Positions 27,223-37,209 of a DNA stretch of 50,264 nt are shown piece by piece. The notes below the pieces were generated by a model that saw only the letters and a program-made list of their open reading frames with translations, had not been told where the DNA came from and searched no databases. A program made the position numbers and the translations under genes. Numbering within the stretch: position 1 is the stretch's first letter; the number at the start of each line of letters is the position of its first letter. The DNA is from a virus. Lineage: Duplodnaviria; Heunggongvirae; Uroviricota; Caudoviricetes. The stretch lies in the IMG/VR virus record IMGVR_UViG_2925891887_000005; one strand, written 5' to 3'.

Positions 27223-29181
27223 ATGCAGGCTGGTCACCAGAGTGACGCGGATATTTATATTTATGACGAGATTGGTTTCTGGGGTGTTACAGCGAAGCAG
27301 TTTATCAGTGATCTGAATACACTGGGCGATATCACCCACATTAATCTCCATATTAATTCACCGGGTGGCGATGTCTTTGAAGGCATCGCCATTTTTAATG
27401 CGCTGAAAACACATGGTGCGTCCATTACCGTTTATGTCGACGGTGTGGCGGCGTCAATGGCGTCGGTCATTGCGATGGTGGGAAACCCGGTCATTATGCC
27501 GGAAAACACCTTCATGATGATTCATAAACCATTTGGCTTTACGGGCGGTGATGCGGAGGACATGCGCACCTATGCCGACCTGCTCGATAAGGTTGAGGCG
27601 GTTCTGTTACCCGCTTATGCACAGAAAACCGGGAAAACCACCGATGAAATTGCTGCCATGCTGGCGGATGAGACCTGGATGTCCGGTGCCGAATGTCTGG
27701 CACAGGGATTTGCTGATCAGGTGACGCCAGCCGTTAAGGCAATGGCATGTATTCAGTCAAAACGTACAGAGGAATTTAAAAAGATGCCGGAATCCATTCG
27801 AAACATGATTACTCCGCCACGCAACAGTGCTCCACGCGTACAGGATGATGAACCTGCAGCCTCCCGGACGCCAGTGCAGGCAGCAGCACCCGTGGTGGAT
27901 GAAAACAGTATCCGTGCGCAGGTACTGGCAGAGCAAAAAGCGCGTGTAAACGGTATTAATGATCTGTTTGCCATGTTTGGCGGGCGTTATCAGACGCTGC
28001 AGGCTCAGTGTCTTGCCGATCCTGAATGTTCGCTGGATCAGGCCCGCGAAAAGCTGTTGAACGAGATGGGGCGCGAGTCCACGCCATCCAATAAAAATAC
28101 CCCGGCTCATATTTATGCCGGAAACGGTAATTTTGTGGGGGACGGGATCCGCCAGGCGCTGATGGCGCGTGCCGGATTTGAAAAAACCGAACGTGATAAT
28201 GTCTACAACGGGATGACCCTGCGTGAATATGCCCGTATGTCACTGACTGAACGGGGTATTGGGGTTTCCGGTTATAACCCGATGCAGATGGTCGGTGCGG
28301 CGTTCACACACAGTACGTCTGACTTCGGTAATATTCTGCTGGATGTTGCGAACAAAGCCATTCTGCAGGGCTGGGAAGATGCCCCTGAAACCTATGAACA
28401 GTGGACGCGGAAAGGTCAGTTGTCTGATTTTAAAATTGCCCATCGTGTGGGTATGGGGGGCTTCAGTGCTCTGCGTCAGGTGCGTGAAGGGGCGGAATAT
28501 AAATACGTCACCACCGGAGATAAACAGGCCACTATTGCACTGGCGACCTATGGCGAGCTGTTCAGTATCACCCGTCAGGCCATTATCAATGATGATCTGA
28601 ATATGCTGACCGATGTCCCGATGAAACTGGGCCGTGCGGCGAAATCCACTATTGCCGATCTGGTTTATGCCATTCTGACGTCTAACCCGAAAATCTCCAC
28701 AGATAATGTAAGTCTGTTCGATAAAGCGAAACATGCAAACGTACTGGAGAGCGCGGCAATGGACGTGGCATCGCTGGATAAAGCCCGCCAGTTGATGCGC
28801 GTTCAGAAAGAGGGGGAGCGTCATCTGAATATTCGTCCTGCGTTCGTACTGGTACCGACGGCGATGGAGTCTGTTGCTAACCAGGTCATTCGCTCCTCAA
28901 GTGTCAAGGGGGCTGACATTAACGCCGGTATTATTAACCCGGTGAAAGATTTTGCGACCGTTATTGCAGAGCCTCGTCTTGATGATAACAGCCAGACCAC
29001 CTTCTACCTGGCTGCGTCAAAAGGCTCCGATACGATTGAAGTGGCTTATCTCAACGGTGTGGATACGCCATATATTGATCAGATGGAGGGCTTCAGTGTG
29101 GATGGCGTGACAACGAAAGTGCGTATTGACGCCGGTGTCGCGCCAGTTGATCACCGCGGTCTGGTGAAATGTACGGCGTAA
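27223..29181 (+). CDS. Prohead protease (ClpP/S49-like) fused to major capsid protein
   Basis: N-terminal ClpP-like region (HINSPGGDVFEGIAIFNAL...VDGVAASMASVIAM) with a capsid-like C-terminal half in one ORF. Confidence 0.8.
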   Translation: MQAGHQSDADIYIYDEIGFWGVTAKQFISDLNTLGDITHINLHINSPGGDVFEGIAIFNALKTHGASITVYVDGVAASMASVIAMVGNPVIMPENTFMMIHKPFGFTGGDAEDMRTYADLLDKVEAVLLPAYAQKTGKTTDEIAAMLADETWMSGAECLAQGFADQVTPAVKAMACIQSKRTEEFKKMPESIRNMITPPRNSAPRVQDDEPAASRTPVQAAAPVVDENSIRAQVLAEQKARVNGINDLFAMFGGRYQTLQAQCLADPECSLDQAREKLLNEMGRESTPSNKNTPAHIYAGNGNFVGDGIRQALMARAGFEKTERDNVYNGMTLREYARMSLTERGIGVSGYNPMQMVGAAFTHSTSDFGNILLDVANKAILQGWEDAPETYEQWTRKGQLSDFKIAHRVGMGGFSALRQVREGAEYKYVTTGDKQATIALATYGELFSITRQAIINDDLNMLTDVPMKLGRAAKSTIADLVYAILTSNPKISTDNVSLFDKAKHANVLESAAMDVASLDKARQLMRVQKEGERHLNIRPAFVLVPTAMESVANQVIRSSSVKGADINAGIINPVKDFATVIAEPRLDDNSQTTFYLAASKGSDTIEVAYLNGVDTPYIDQMEGFSVDGVTTKVRIDAGVAPVDHRGLVKCTA

Positions 29182-29203
29182 ACGTCGCAGACAACAACTC
29201 TGA

Positions 29204-29254
29204 TGGCCCGTAAGGGCTTTTTTTGTACCTGAAATCAGCCCCTGAACGGGGCTG
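29204..29254 (+). terminator. Hairpins downstream of the capsid gene (terminator or attenuator)
   Basis: GCCCGTAAGGGC followed by TTTTTTTGT, then CAGCCCCTGAACGGGGCTG. Confidence 0.5.
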
Positions 29255-29267
29255 TGCGGAGACAGTT

Positions 29268-29591
29268 ATGGCAAAGAATTTTGTAGAAGAAGGAAAAACG
29301 GTGGCGATTGTTGCCAGTGCAGCCATCAGCAGCGGAGATCTGGTGCAGGTGGGTGATGTTTTTGCGGTGGCGCTGACCGATATTCCACAGGGTGAAACAG
29401 GCGACGGCATGACCGAAGGTGTGTTTATCCTGCCTAAACTGAAAACGGATGACATGAAAACGGGTAAGAAGGTTTATCTGAAGTCCGGAAAAGTTCAGCT
29501 GACTAACAGCGGCTCTGATCCGCTGGTCGGGGTTGTCTGGGCAGATGCCGGAACCAGTGCAGAAGAAGTGCCGGTAAAACTCAATGTCTGA
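29268..29591 (+). CDS. Head-associated small protein (DUF2190-like; FI/FII position)
   Basis: GGAGA ribosome-binding site; position between the capsid and tail-completion genes. Confidence 0.5.
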   Translation: MAKNFVEEGKTVAIVASAAISSGDLVQVGDVFAVALTDIPQGETGDGMTEGVFILPKLKTDDMKTGKKVYLKSGKVQLTNSGSDPLVGVVWADAGTSAEEVPVKLNV

Positions 29592-29859
29592 TCCCTTTTC
29601 CCGGCTGGCAGCGCGTATGGATGCGATCACGGTCAGAAAGATGGGAAAGACAGCCTCGATTAATGATGCCGATATGACTGTGATCCCGGGAGAAACACTG
29701 GCAGAGCTGAATGCTCTGTCCGGACCTGCGGTCTCTCTGGTGGTGTTTTCTTCGGGATACCGCCCACGGCGCGGGGATCGCGTTGTTTATGACGGACAAC
29801 AATGGACGGTCACACGGCATGAACGTTTTAACGGTAAGCCAATGATCTTTATTGAGTAA
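29584..29859 (+). CDS. Head-tail adaptor / head completion protein
   Basis: 91 aa; position immediately upstream of gpZ. Confidence 0.5.
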   Translation: MSDPFSRLAARMDAITVRKMGKTASINDADMTVIPGETLAELNALSGPAVSLVVFSSGYRPRRGDRVVYDGQQWTVTRHERFNGKPMIFIE

Positions 29860-29870
29860 AGAGGTGTGGG

Positions 29871-30449
29871 ATGAAGGGGCTTGAGAATGCCATCCGTAAT
29901 CTGAACAGCCTTGATACCCGTATGGTGCCACAGGCCAGCGCATGGGCGATAAACCGTGTGGCACAGAAAGCGGTCTCGGTCGCCACCCGGCAGGTTGCCG
30001 GGAATACCGTTGCGGGAGATAACCAGGTGAAAGGGATCCCCCTGAAACTGGTACGTCAGCGTGTCCGGGTGTTTAAAGCCAGTCCGTCAGGAAAAATGAC
30101 GGCCAGGATCCGCGTTAACCGGGGCAATCTGCCCGCTATTAAGCTGGGGACAACCCAGGTCAGACTGGCCCGGCGTGGTGGAAAACTGCAGTACCGTGGC
30201 AGTGTGCTGAAGGTGGGTAAATATCTTTTCCGGGATGCGTTTATTCAGCAACTGGCGAATGGTCGCTGGCATGTGATGCGGCGTATTGATGGCAAAAATC
30301 GTTACCCCATTGATGTGGTGAAAGTCCCGCTGTCCGGACCGCTGACACAGGCATTTGAAGATGCCCGCGACCGCATTATTGCTGCGGAAATGCCGAAACA
30401 GCTGGGGTATGCACTGAAACAACAACTGAGGTTATGGCTGACCCGATGA
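29871..30449 (+). CDS. Z: Minor tail protein Z
   Basis: Strong similarity to lambda gpZ (RWHVMRRIDGKNRYPIDVVKVP, PKQLGYALKQQLR). Confidence 0.85.
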   Translation: MKGLENAIRNLNSLDTRMVPQASAWAINRVAQKAVSVATRQVAGNTVAGDNQVKGIPLKLVRQRVRVFKASPSGKMTARIRVNRGNLPAIKLGTTQVRLARRGGKLQYRGSVLKVGKYLFRDAFIQQLANGRWHVMRRIDGKNRYPIDVVKVPLSGPLTQAFEDARDRIIAAEMPKQLGYALKQQLRLWLTR

Positions 30450-30847
30450 ACCGACATACACAAATCCGCCAGGCCGTACTGGCACGCCTTCGGGAACAGT
30501 GTGGAGACAGCGCCACGTTTTTTGACGGGCTTCCGGCATTTATTGATGCGCAGGAACTGCCTGCCGTGGCGGTGTGGCTGAGTGATGCTCAGTACACCGG
30601 AAAAATGACGGATGAAGATGACTGGCAGGCTGTTCTGCATATTGCTGTCTTCATCCGGGCACAGGCACCGGATTCAGAGCTGGATATGTGGATGGAGAGC
30701 ACCATTTTCCCGGCTCTGAATGATATACCGGCACTTTCCGGACTCATCGACACCCTGATCCCTCTCGGTTTTAACTATCAACGTGATAATGAGATGGCCA
30801 CCTGGGCGATGGCGGAAATCACGTACCAGATCACGTACACGAATTAA
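30446..30847 (+). CDS. U: Tail terminator protein U
   Basis: Lambda gpU-like (ATFFDGLPAFIDAQELPAVAVWLSDAQYTG...PDSELDMWMES); ATGA overlap with Z. Confidence 0.85.
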   Translation: MNRHTQIRQAVLARLREQCGDSATFFDGLPAFIDAQELPAVAVWLSDAQYTGKMTDEDDWQAVLHIAVFIRAQAPDSELDMWMESTIFPALNDIPALSGLIDTLIPLGFNYQRDNEMATWAMAEITYQITYTN

Positions 30848-30858
30848 AGGAGGTGGCA

Positions 30859-31602
30859 ATGACCACACCAAATCCACTGGCAAAAACGAAAGGTGCGGGA
30901 ACGACGTTCTGGATGTACACCGGCAAGGGCGATGCGTTTGCGAACCCTTTATCGGACACTGACTGGCTGCGTCTTGCGATGGTGAAGGATCTGCAACCTG
31001 GCGAAATGACCGCTGATGCAGAAGATGACACTTATCTCGATGATGAAGATGCAGACTGGAAAACGACAACCCAGGGGCAGAAATCCGTCGGTGATACTTC
31101 GGCGACGCTGGCCTGGCGTCCGGGTGACAGCGGGCAGAAAAAACTGGTTCAGTTGTTCGACTCCGGTGAAGTCTGCGCGTTTCGTATCAAATATCCCAAC
31201 GGCACTGTTGATGTTTTCCGTGGCTGGCTGAGCTCACTGGGTAAAACCATTGCCTCAAAAGACGTGATGACCCGCACAGTGAAAATCAGCGGTGTGGGGC
31301 GTCCGCATCTGGCAGAGGAAGGCACTGAAACAGTGAGCGTTACCGGGCTGACGGTGGCACCGGCATCTGCCAGTGTAAAAGTGGGAGCAACCACCACGCT
31401 GACCTTTACAGTAAAACCTGACGGAGCCAGTGACAAAGCGATCAGTGTGCATTCGACAGATCCACAGACTGCCACGGTGACCCTGAACGGGCTTGTGGCC
31501 ACGGTGAAAGGCGTGAAGCAGGGCAGTGTCAGCATTGTGGGCATGACTTCTGACGGCGATTTTGTGGCCGTGGCTGCGGTGGCTGTCAGCGCCGCAGGTT
31601 AA
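30859..31602 (+). CDS. V: Major tail protein V (with C-terminal Ig-like domain)
   Basis: Close to lambda gpV (KGAGTTFWMY...ANPLSD...YLDDEDADW...FRGW); AAGGAGG ribosome-binding site. Confidence 0.9.
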   Translation: MTTPNPLAKTKGAGTTFWMYTGKGDAFANPLSDTDWLRLAMVKDLQPGEMTADAEDDTYLDDEDADWKTTTQGQKSVGDTSATLAWRPGDSGQKKLVQLFDSGEVCAFRIKYPNGTVDVFRGWLSSLGKTIASKDVMTRTVKISGVGRPHLAEEGTETVSVTGLTVAPASASVKVGATTTLTFTVKPDGASDKAISVHSTDPQTATVTLNGLVATVKGVKQGSVSIVGMTSDGDFVAVAAVAVSAAG

Positions 31603-31659
31603 CAGGACGATACTCATCATTTGCCCCGGTTATCCGGGGCTTTTTTGCAGGTGGAGAAC

Positions 31660-32049
31660 ATGATGTTTCTGAAACAGGGCTCGTTTAATTATGAAAAGCA
31701 GTCCGTGGTGCTCAGTGAGCTGTCCGGGCTGCAGAGAATTGAATATCTGGCGTTTGTTCAGCAGCGAACGGCAAAGTTTGATGCCGAAGAGGGAGAACTG
31801 CCGGAGGCTGAACGACAGATTGCTTTTCTGCGGATGGGGATGGATATCAATGCCTGGCTGGTTTCCCGCTCACTGTGGAATGCGGAACAGTCTCAGGATG
31901 TTGAGACGCTTTGCGCATCCGTTATTACAACATGGTCGTATGATGCCCTGGGAGCGGGGGCGGAGATGGTTCTGTCGCTGAGCGGTATGGGAGCCATTGA
32001 GAATGCCGGGGATTTGGAGCATGAGGTGCTGACGCCGGAAAAGTCCTGA
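31660..32049 (+). CDS. G: Tail assembly chaperone G
   Basis: Lambda gpG-like (MFLK...SELSGLQRIEYLAF). Confidence 0.85.
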   Translation: MMFLKQGSFNYEKQSVVLSELSGLQRIEYLAFVQQRTAKFDAEEGELPEAERQIAFLRMGMDINAWLVSRSLWNAEQSQDVETLCASVITTWSYDALGAGAEMVLSLSGMGAIENAGDLEHEVLTPEKS

Positions 32050-32387
32050 CGCGGGAAATGCAGTTTGTCATGCGGCTTGCCCGGGAGTTCCGGCGGGCAG
32101 ACTGGCGGCGGATGCTGTCGGAAATGTCGGCCACTGAGCTTGGTGAATGGGGCGATTATTTCCGGATGCAGAGCTTCAGTGATGTGTGGATGGATGCGCA
32201 GTTTGCCTCGCTGAAGGCATTGATCGTGAGAATGGTGTCCGGTAGCAGTGATGCTGCGGTGGCTGATTTCAGCCTTTTACCGGAAGAGAACGGGATACCG
32301 GAGCGAACGGACGAAGAACTGATGCATCTTGGGGAAGGTATTTCCGGAGGTGTGCGTTATGGACCAGATAGCCAACCTGGTCATTGA
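32025..32387 (+). CDS. T: Tail assembly chaperone T segment, expressed as a G-T fusion by -1 programmed frameshift
   Basis: The -1 frame is open from 32025 and encodes lambda gpT-like sequence (EFRRADWRRML...GISGGVRYGPD). Slippery-like CCGGAAAAG lies just before the G stop. Confidence 0.7.
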   Translation, partial: GADAGKVLTREMQFVMRLAREFRRADWRRMLSEMSATELGEWGDYFRMQSFSDVWMDAQFASLKALIVRMVSGSSDAAVADFSLLPEENGIPERTDEELMHLGEGISGGVRYGPDSQPGH

Positions 32388-35300
32388 TTTGGGGATTGAT
32401 GCGGCAGAGTTTAAAAATGAAATTCCCCGTATCAAAAACCTTCTGAATGGTGCAGCCAGCGATGCAGAACGGTCTTCTGCCCGTATGCAGCGTTTTATGG
32501 AGCGTCAGACTCAGGCCGCCCGGCAGACAATGCAGGCGGCTTCTTCGGCTGCAACAGCCGCATCCGTCCATGCGCAGACGGTGGAGAAGAGCGCACAGGC
32601 TCATGAACGCATGGCCCGCGAGGTGGAGCAAACCCGCCAGCGTATGGAGGCACTGAGCCAGAAAATGCGCGAGGAACAGGCGCAGGCCATGGCTCTGGCG
32701 GAGGCTCAGGATAAAGCGGCTGCCGCGTTTTATCGTCAGATTGACAGTGTGAAACAGGCCAGTGCGGGACTGCAGGAATTACAGCGTATTCAGCAGCAGA
32801 TCCGACAGGCCAGAAACAGTGGCGGGATTGGTCAGCAGGATTATCTGGCGCTGATTTCTGAGGTTACGGCGAAAACCGGTGTTCTTACGCAGGCTGAGGC
32901 AGAGGCTACCCGACAGAAAGTGGCGTTTATCCGTCAGCTTAAAGAGCAGGCAACCCGCCAGAATCTTTCTTCTTCTGAGTTGCTTCGTGCTAAGGCTGCC
33001 CAGCTGGGGGTAAGCAGTGCTGCAGAAGTGTATATCCGCAAAATGGAGCAGGCAGGAAAAGCCACGCATTCGCTGGGTCTGAAAAGTGCAGCGGCCCGCC
33101 AGGAGATAGGCGTTCTGATAGGTGAACTGGCTCGCGGCAATTTAGGTGCGCTGAGGGGATCCGGGATAACGCTGGCTAACCGTGCCGGATGGATAGACAC
33201 ACTGATGTCACCGAAAGGCATGATGCTGAGCGGGGTTATTGGCGGTATTGCCGCGGCCGTCTATGGTCTGGGTAAAGCCTGGTATGATGGTCAGAAGGAG
33301 GGGGAAGAATTTAACCGCCAGTTGTCGCTGACGGGGCATTATGCCGGAGTCACTGCCGGGCAGCTGTGGACGCTCAGTCGTGCTATTTCCGGGAATGGTA
33401 TTACGCAACATGCTGCAGCCGGTGCGCTGGCTCAGGTGGTGGGGAGTGGTGCATTTCGTGGAAACGATATCGGTATGGTGGCGAGAGCTGCCGCACAGAT
33501 GGAGCGATCGGTTGGCCAGTCGGTCAGCGATACCATAAATCAGTTTAAGCGGCTGAAGGATGATCCTGTAAATGCCGCGAAGGCTCTGGACAATGAGCTG
33601 CATTTTCTTACTGCCACTCAGCTTGAGCAGATACGCGTCCTTGGGGAACAGGGGCGGTCCAGTGATGCGGCACGGATAGCCATGTCTGCACTGGCAGAGG
33701 AAACCGGTCGGCGTACTGCGGATATTGATAATAACCTCAATGCGCTGGGCAGTACGCTGAAGTATCTGTCTGATTTATGGAGTCGTTTCTGGGATGCGGC
33801 CATGAATATTGGTCGTGAAGACTCGCTGGATGAACAGATTTCCGCTTTACAGGAGAAAGTGTCGCGGGCGAAAAGACTCCCCTGGACGGCATCATCTTCT
33901 CAGGTTGAGTACGATCAGCAGCGTCTTAACGAGCTTCAGGAGAAAAAACGCCAGAAGGATTTGCAGGATGCAAAAGAGCAGGCAGAGCGGAATTATCAGG
34001 AGCAACAGAAACGCCGTAATGCTGAAAATGCTGCACTGAACCGGATGAATGAAACGGAAGCAGCACGACATCAGCGTGAAATTGCGCGTATTAATTCCAT
34101 GCAGTACGCCGATCAGGCTGTCAGGGATGCGGCGATACAACGTGAAAATGAACGTTACGAGAAAGCCCTGGCATCCGGTAAGAAAAAAACACGCGACCCC
34201 CGTAATGATGAGGCCACCCGGTTATTGCTGCAGTACAGTCAGCAACAGGCACAGGTGGAAGGACAGATTGCTGCTGCCAGACAGTCAGCAGGCATTGCCA
34301 CGGAAAGGATGACAGAAGCGCATAAACAGCTTCTGGCTCTGCAGCAGCGCATCAGCGACCTGGACGGGAAAAAACTGACGGCAGATGAAAAGAGTGTGCT
34401 GGCCCGTAAAGATGAACTGATTCAGGCACTGACGCTGCTGGATGTAAAACAGCAGGAGCTTCAGAAACAGACGGCACTCAACGAGCTGAAGAAAAAAACA
34501 ATTCAGCTGACCAGTCAACTGGCTGAAGAAGAGCGCGCTCAGCGTCAGCAACATGACCTGGATATCGCCACGGTGGGTATGGGTGATCAGCAGCGGCAGC
34601 GATATCAGGTACAACTGAGTCTTCGCCAGAAATACCAGCAACAGCTGGAGCAGTTGAGGCGGGATAGTGAGCAGAAAGGAACATATAACACGGATGACTA
34701 CAGAAAGGCCGAGCAGGCGCTGACGGAGAGCCTGAACCGACAACTGAATGAGAATCGCCGTTACTGGCAACAGCTTGAAGTTGTGCAGGGTAACTGGAAA
34801 AACGGAGTCCTGCGTGCATTTCAGGATTTTACCGTGGATGCAGATAATACGGCAGGAACAGCAGAACAGGTGTTCTCGTCAGCCTTCAGCAACATGGGAA
34901 ATGGCCTGGCAACTTTTGTCACTACCGGCAAACTCAATTTCAAATCCTTCACCTCTTCTGTGCTGTCAGATATGGCGAAAATCCTGGCGCAGGCAACCAT
35001 GATGAAATCGATAAAAGGGATTGGCAGTGTACTGGGATTTGATCTCAGCAGCCTTTCCCTGAATGCCAATGGGGGGATTTATCAGTCTGCTGATTTGAGT
35101 CGTTACAGTGGCACGGTGGTTAACCGTCCGACGTTTTTTGCTTTTGCAAAAGGCGCGGGTGTGATGGGGGAAGCGGGACCTGAAGCCATTCTGCCACTGC
35201 GTCGTGGTGCTGACGGTAAGCTGGGGGTTGTGGCGGATATTGGTGGTTCAGGTATGGCGATGTTTGCCCCGCAGTACAACATCGAGATCAATAACGATGG

Positions 35301-35424
35301 CACGAACGGGCAGATAGGTCCGGCTGCCCTGAAGGTGGTTTATGACCTCGGGAAAAAAGCGGCAGCGGACTTTATGCAACAGCAGGCCCGTGATGGTGGT
35401 CGGTTAAGTGGAGCATATCGGTAA
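32359..35424 (+). CDS. H: Tail tape measure protein H
   Basis: About 1020 aa, coiled-coil rich; C-terminus INNDGTNGQIGPAALKVVYDLGKKAAADF matches lambda gpH. Confidence 0.9.
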   Translation: MDQIANLVIDLGIDAAEFKNEIPRIKNLLNGAASDAERSSARMQRFMERQTQAARQTMQAASSAATAASVHAQTVEKSAQAHERMAREVEQTRQRMEALSQKMREEQAQAMALAEAQDKAAAAFYRQIDSVKQASAGLQELQRIQQQIRQARNSGGIGQQDYLALISEVTAKTGVLTQAEAEATRQKVAFIRQLKEQATRQNLSSSELLRAKAAQLGVSSAAEVYIRKMEQAGKATHSLGLKSAAARQEIGVLIGELARGNLGALRGSGITLANRAGWIDTLMSPKGMMLSGVIGGIAAAVYGLGKAWYDGQKEGEEFNRQLSLTGHYAGVTAGQLWTLSRAISGNGITQHAAAGALAQVVGSGAFRGNDIGMVARAAAQMERSVGQSVSDTINQFKRLKDDPVNAAKALDNELHFLTATQLEQIRVLGEQGRSSDAARIAMSALAEETGRRTADIDNNLNALGSTLKYLSDLWSRFWDAAMNIGREDSLDEQISALQEKVSRAKRLPWTASSSQVEYDQQRLNELQEKKRQKDLQDAKEQAERNYQEQQKRRNAENAALNRMNETEAARHQREIARINSMQYADQAVRDAAIQRENERYEKALASGKKKTRDPRNDEATRLLLQYSQQQAQVEGQIAAARQSAGIATERMTEAHKQLLALQQRISDLDGKKLTADEKSVLARKDELIQALTLLDVKQQELQKQTALNELKKKTIQLTSQLAEEERAQRQQHDLDIATVGMGDQQRQRYQVQLSLRQKYQQQLEQLRRDSEQKGTYNTDDYRKAEQALTESLNRQLNENRRYWQQLEVVQGNWKNGVLRAFQDFTVDADNTAGTAEQVFSSAFSNMGNGLATFVTTGKLNFKSFTSSVLSDMAKILAQATMMKSIKGIGSVLGFDLSSLSLNANGGIYQSADLSRYSGTVVNRPTFFAFAKGAGVMGEAGPEAILPLRRGADGKLGVVADIGGSGMAMFAPQYNIEINNDGTNGQIGPAALKVVYDLGKKAAADFMQQQARDGGRLSGAYR

Positions 35425-35753
35425 TGGAGACGTTTCACTGGAAAGTGCGCCCGGATATGAATGTGGTATCAGAGCCGAAAGTGGTGACAGTGAAGCTGGG
35501 CGATGGTTATGAACAGCGTCGTGCGGCGGGACTGAATAACCAGTTGTCGATTTACAGCGTGACGATACGTGTTCGTAAATGTGAACACCCATCTTTAAAA
35601 GCCTTTCTGGAACGGCACGGTGGCGTCCGCGCATTTCAGTGGACGCCACCTTATGACTGGAAGCCGATCAGGGTGGTTTGTCGTAAATGGTCGGCAAGCG
35701 TGGGGGCGCTGTGGATAACCATAACGGCAGATTTTGAACAGGTCGTGGCATAG
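35424..35753 (+). CDS. M: Minor tail protein M
   Basis: Lambda gpM-like; TAATG overlap with H. Confidence 0.9.
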   Translation: METFHWKVRPDMNVVSEPKVVTVKLGDGYEQRRAAGLNNQLSIYSVTIRVRKCEHPSLKAFLERHGGVRAFQWTPPYDWKPIRVVCRKWSASVGALWITITADFEQVVA

Positions 35754-35762
35754 GAGGCTCTG

Positions 35763-36461
35763 ATGCAGGATATTCCACAGGAAACACATCATGAGACGAC
35801 ACGCCTCACTCAGTCAGCCCAGGTGGTGCTCTGGGAAATCGATCTGACAGAGGTCGGTGGTGAACGTTATTTTTTCTGTAATGAGCAGAACGAAAAAGGT
35901 GAGCCGGTTACCTGGCAGGGGCGGCAGTATCAGGCATACCCCATTCAGGGGACGGGATTTGAACTGAATGGCAAGGGCAGTGCTGCCCGTCCGACACTGA
36001 CGGTTTCTAACCTGCACGGCATGGTCACCGGGATGGCGGAAGACCTGCAGAGTCTGGTCGGCGGAACGGTGGTCCGGCGTAAGGTTTACGCCCGTTTTCT
36101 GGATGCGGTGAACTTCGTCAACGGAAACAGTGACGCCGATCCGGAGCAGGAGGTGATCAGCCGCTGGCGCATCGAGCAGTGCAGCGAACTGAGCGCGGTG
36201 AGTGCCTCTTTTGTACTGTCCACGCCGACGGAAACGGATGGCGCTGTTTTTCCGGGACGTATCATGCTGGCCAACACCTGCACCTGGACCTATCGCGGTG
36301 ATGAGTGCGGTTATCACGGTCCGGCAGTCGCGGATGAATATGACCAGCCGACGTCCGATATCACGAAGGATAAATGCAGCAAATGCCTGAGCGGCTGTAA
36401 GTTTCGCAATAACGTCGGCAACTTTGGCGGCTTCCTTTCCATTAACAAACTTTCGCAGTAA
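35763..36461 (+). CDS. L: Minor tail protein L
   Basis: Lambda gpL-like with a C-terminal Cys cluster. Confidence 0.9.
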   Translation: MQDIPQETHHETTRLTQSAQVVLWEIDLTEVGGERYFFCNEQNEKGEPVTWQGRQYQAYPIQGTGFELNGKGSAARPTLTVSNLHGMVTGMAEDLQSLVGGTVVRRKVYARFLDAVNFVNGNSDADPEQEVISRWRIEQCSELSAVSASFVLSTPTETDGAVFPGRIMLANTCTWTYRGDECGYHGPAVADEYDQPTSDITKDKCSKCLSGCKFRNNVGNFGGFLSINKLSQ

Positions 36462-36465
36462 TCCC

Positions 36466-37209
36466 ATGACAGAGACAGAATCAGCGATTCTGGCGCACGC
36501 CCGGCGATGTGCGCCAGCGGAGTCGTGCGGCTTCGTGGTGAGAACGCCGGAGGGGGAAAGATATTTTCCCTGCGTGAATATCTCCGGTGAGCCGGAGGAT
36601 TATTTCCGGATGTCGCCGGAGGACTGGCTGAGTGCAGAAATGCAGGGAGAGATTGTGGCGCTGGTCCACAGCCACCCCGGTGGTCTGCCCTGGCTGAGTG
36701 AGGCCGACCGGCGGCTGCAGGTGCAGAGTGATTTGCCGTGGTGGCTGGTCTGCCGGGGGGCGATTCATAAATTCCGCTGTGTGCCGCATCTCACCGGGCG
36801 GCGCTTTGAGCACGGGGTGACGGACTGTTACACGCTGTTCCGGGACGCTTACCATCTGGCGGGAATTGAGATGCCGGATTTGCATCGCGGGGATGACTGG
36901 TGGCGTCACGGCCAGAATCTCTATCTTGACAATATGGAGGCAACGGGTTTTTACCGTGTCCCACTGACAGAGGCGCAGCCTGGCGACGTGCTGCTGTGCT
37001 GTTTTGGTTCATCGGTGCCGAATCATGCCGCCATTTACTGTGGCGACGGCGAGCTGCTGCACCATATTCCTGAACAACTGAGTAAACGAGAGAGGTACAC
37101 CGACAAATGGCAGCGACGCACACACTCCCTCTGGCGTCACCGGGCATGGCACGCATCTGCCTTTACGGGGATTTGCAACGATTTGGTCGCCGTATCGACC
37201 TTCGTGTGA
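36466..37209 (+). CDS. K: Tail assembly protein K (JAB/MPN plus NlpC/P60 domains)
   Basis: Lambda gpK-like (HSHPGG metal site; later Cys/His pair). Confidence 0.9.
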   Translation: MTETESAILAHARRCAPAESCGFVVRTPEGERYFPCVNISGEPEDYFRMSPEDWLSAEMQGEIVALVHSHPGGLPWLSEADRRLQVQSDLPWWLVCRGAIHKFRCVPHLTGRRFEHGVTDCYTLFRDAYHLAGIEMPDLHRGDDWWRHGQNLYLDNMEATGFYRVPLTEAQPGDVLLCCFGSSVPNHAAIYCGDGELLHHIPEQLSKRERYTDKWQRRTHSLWRHRAWHASAFTGICNDLVAVSTFV

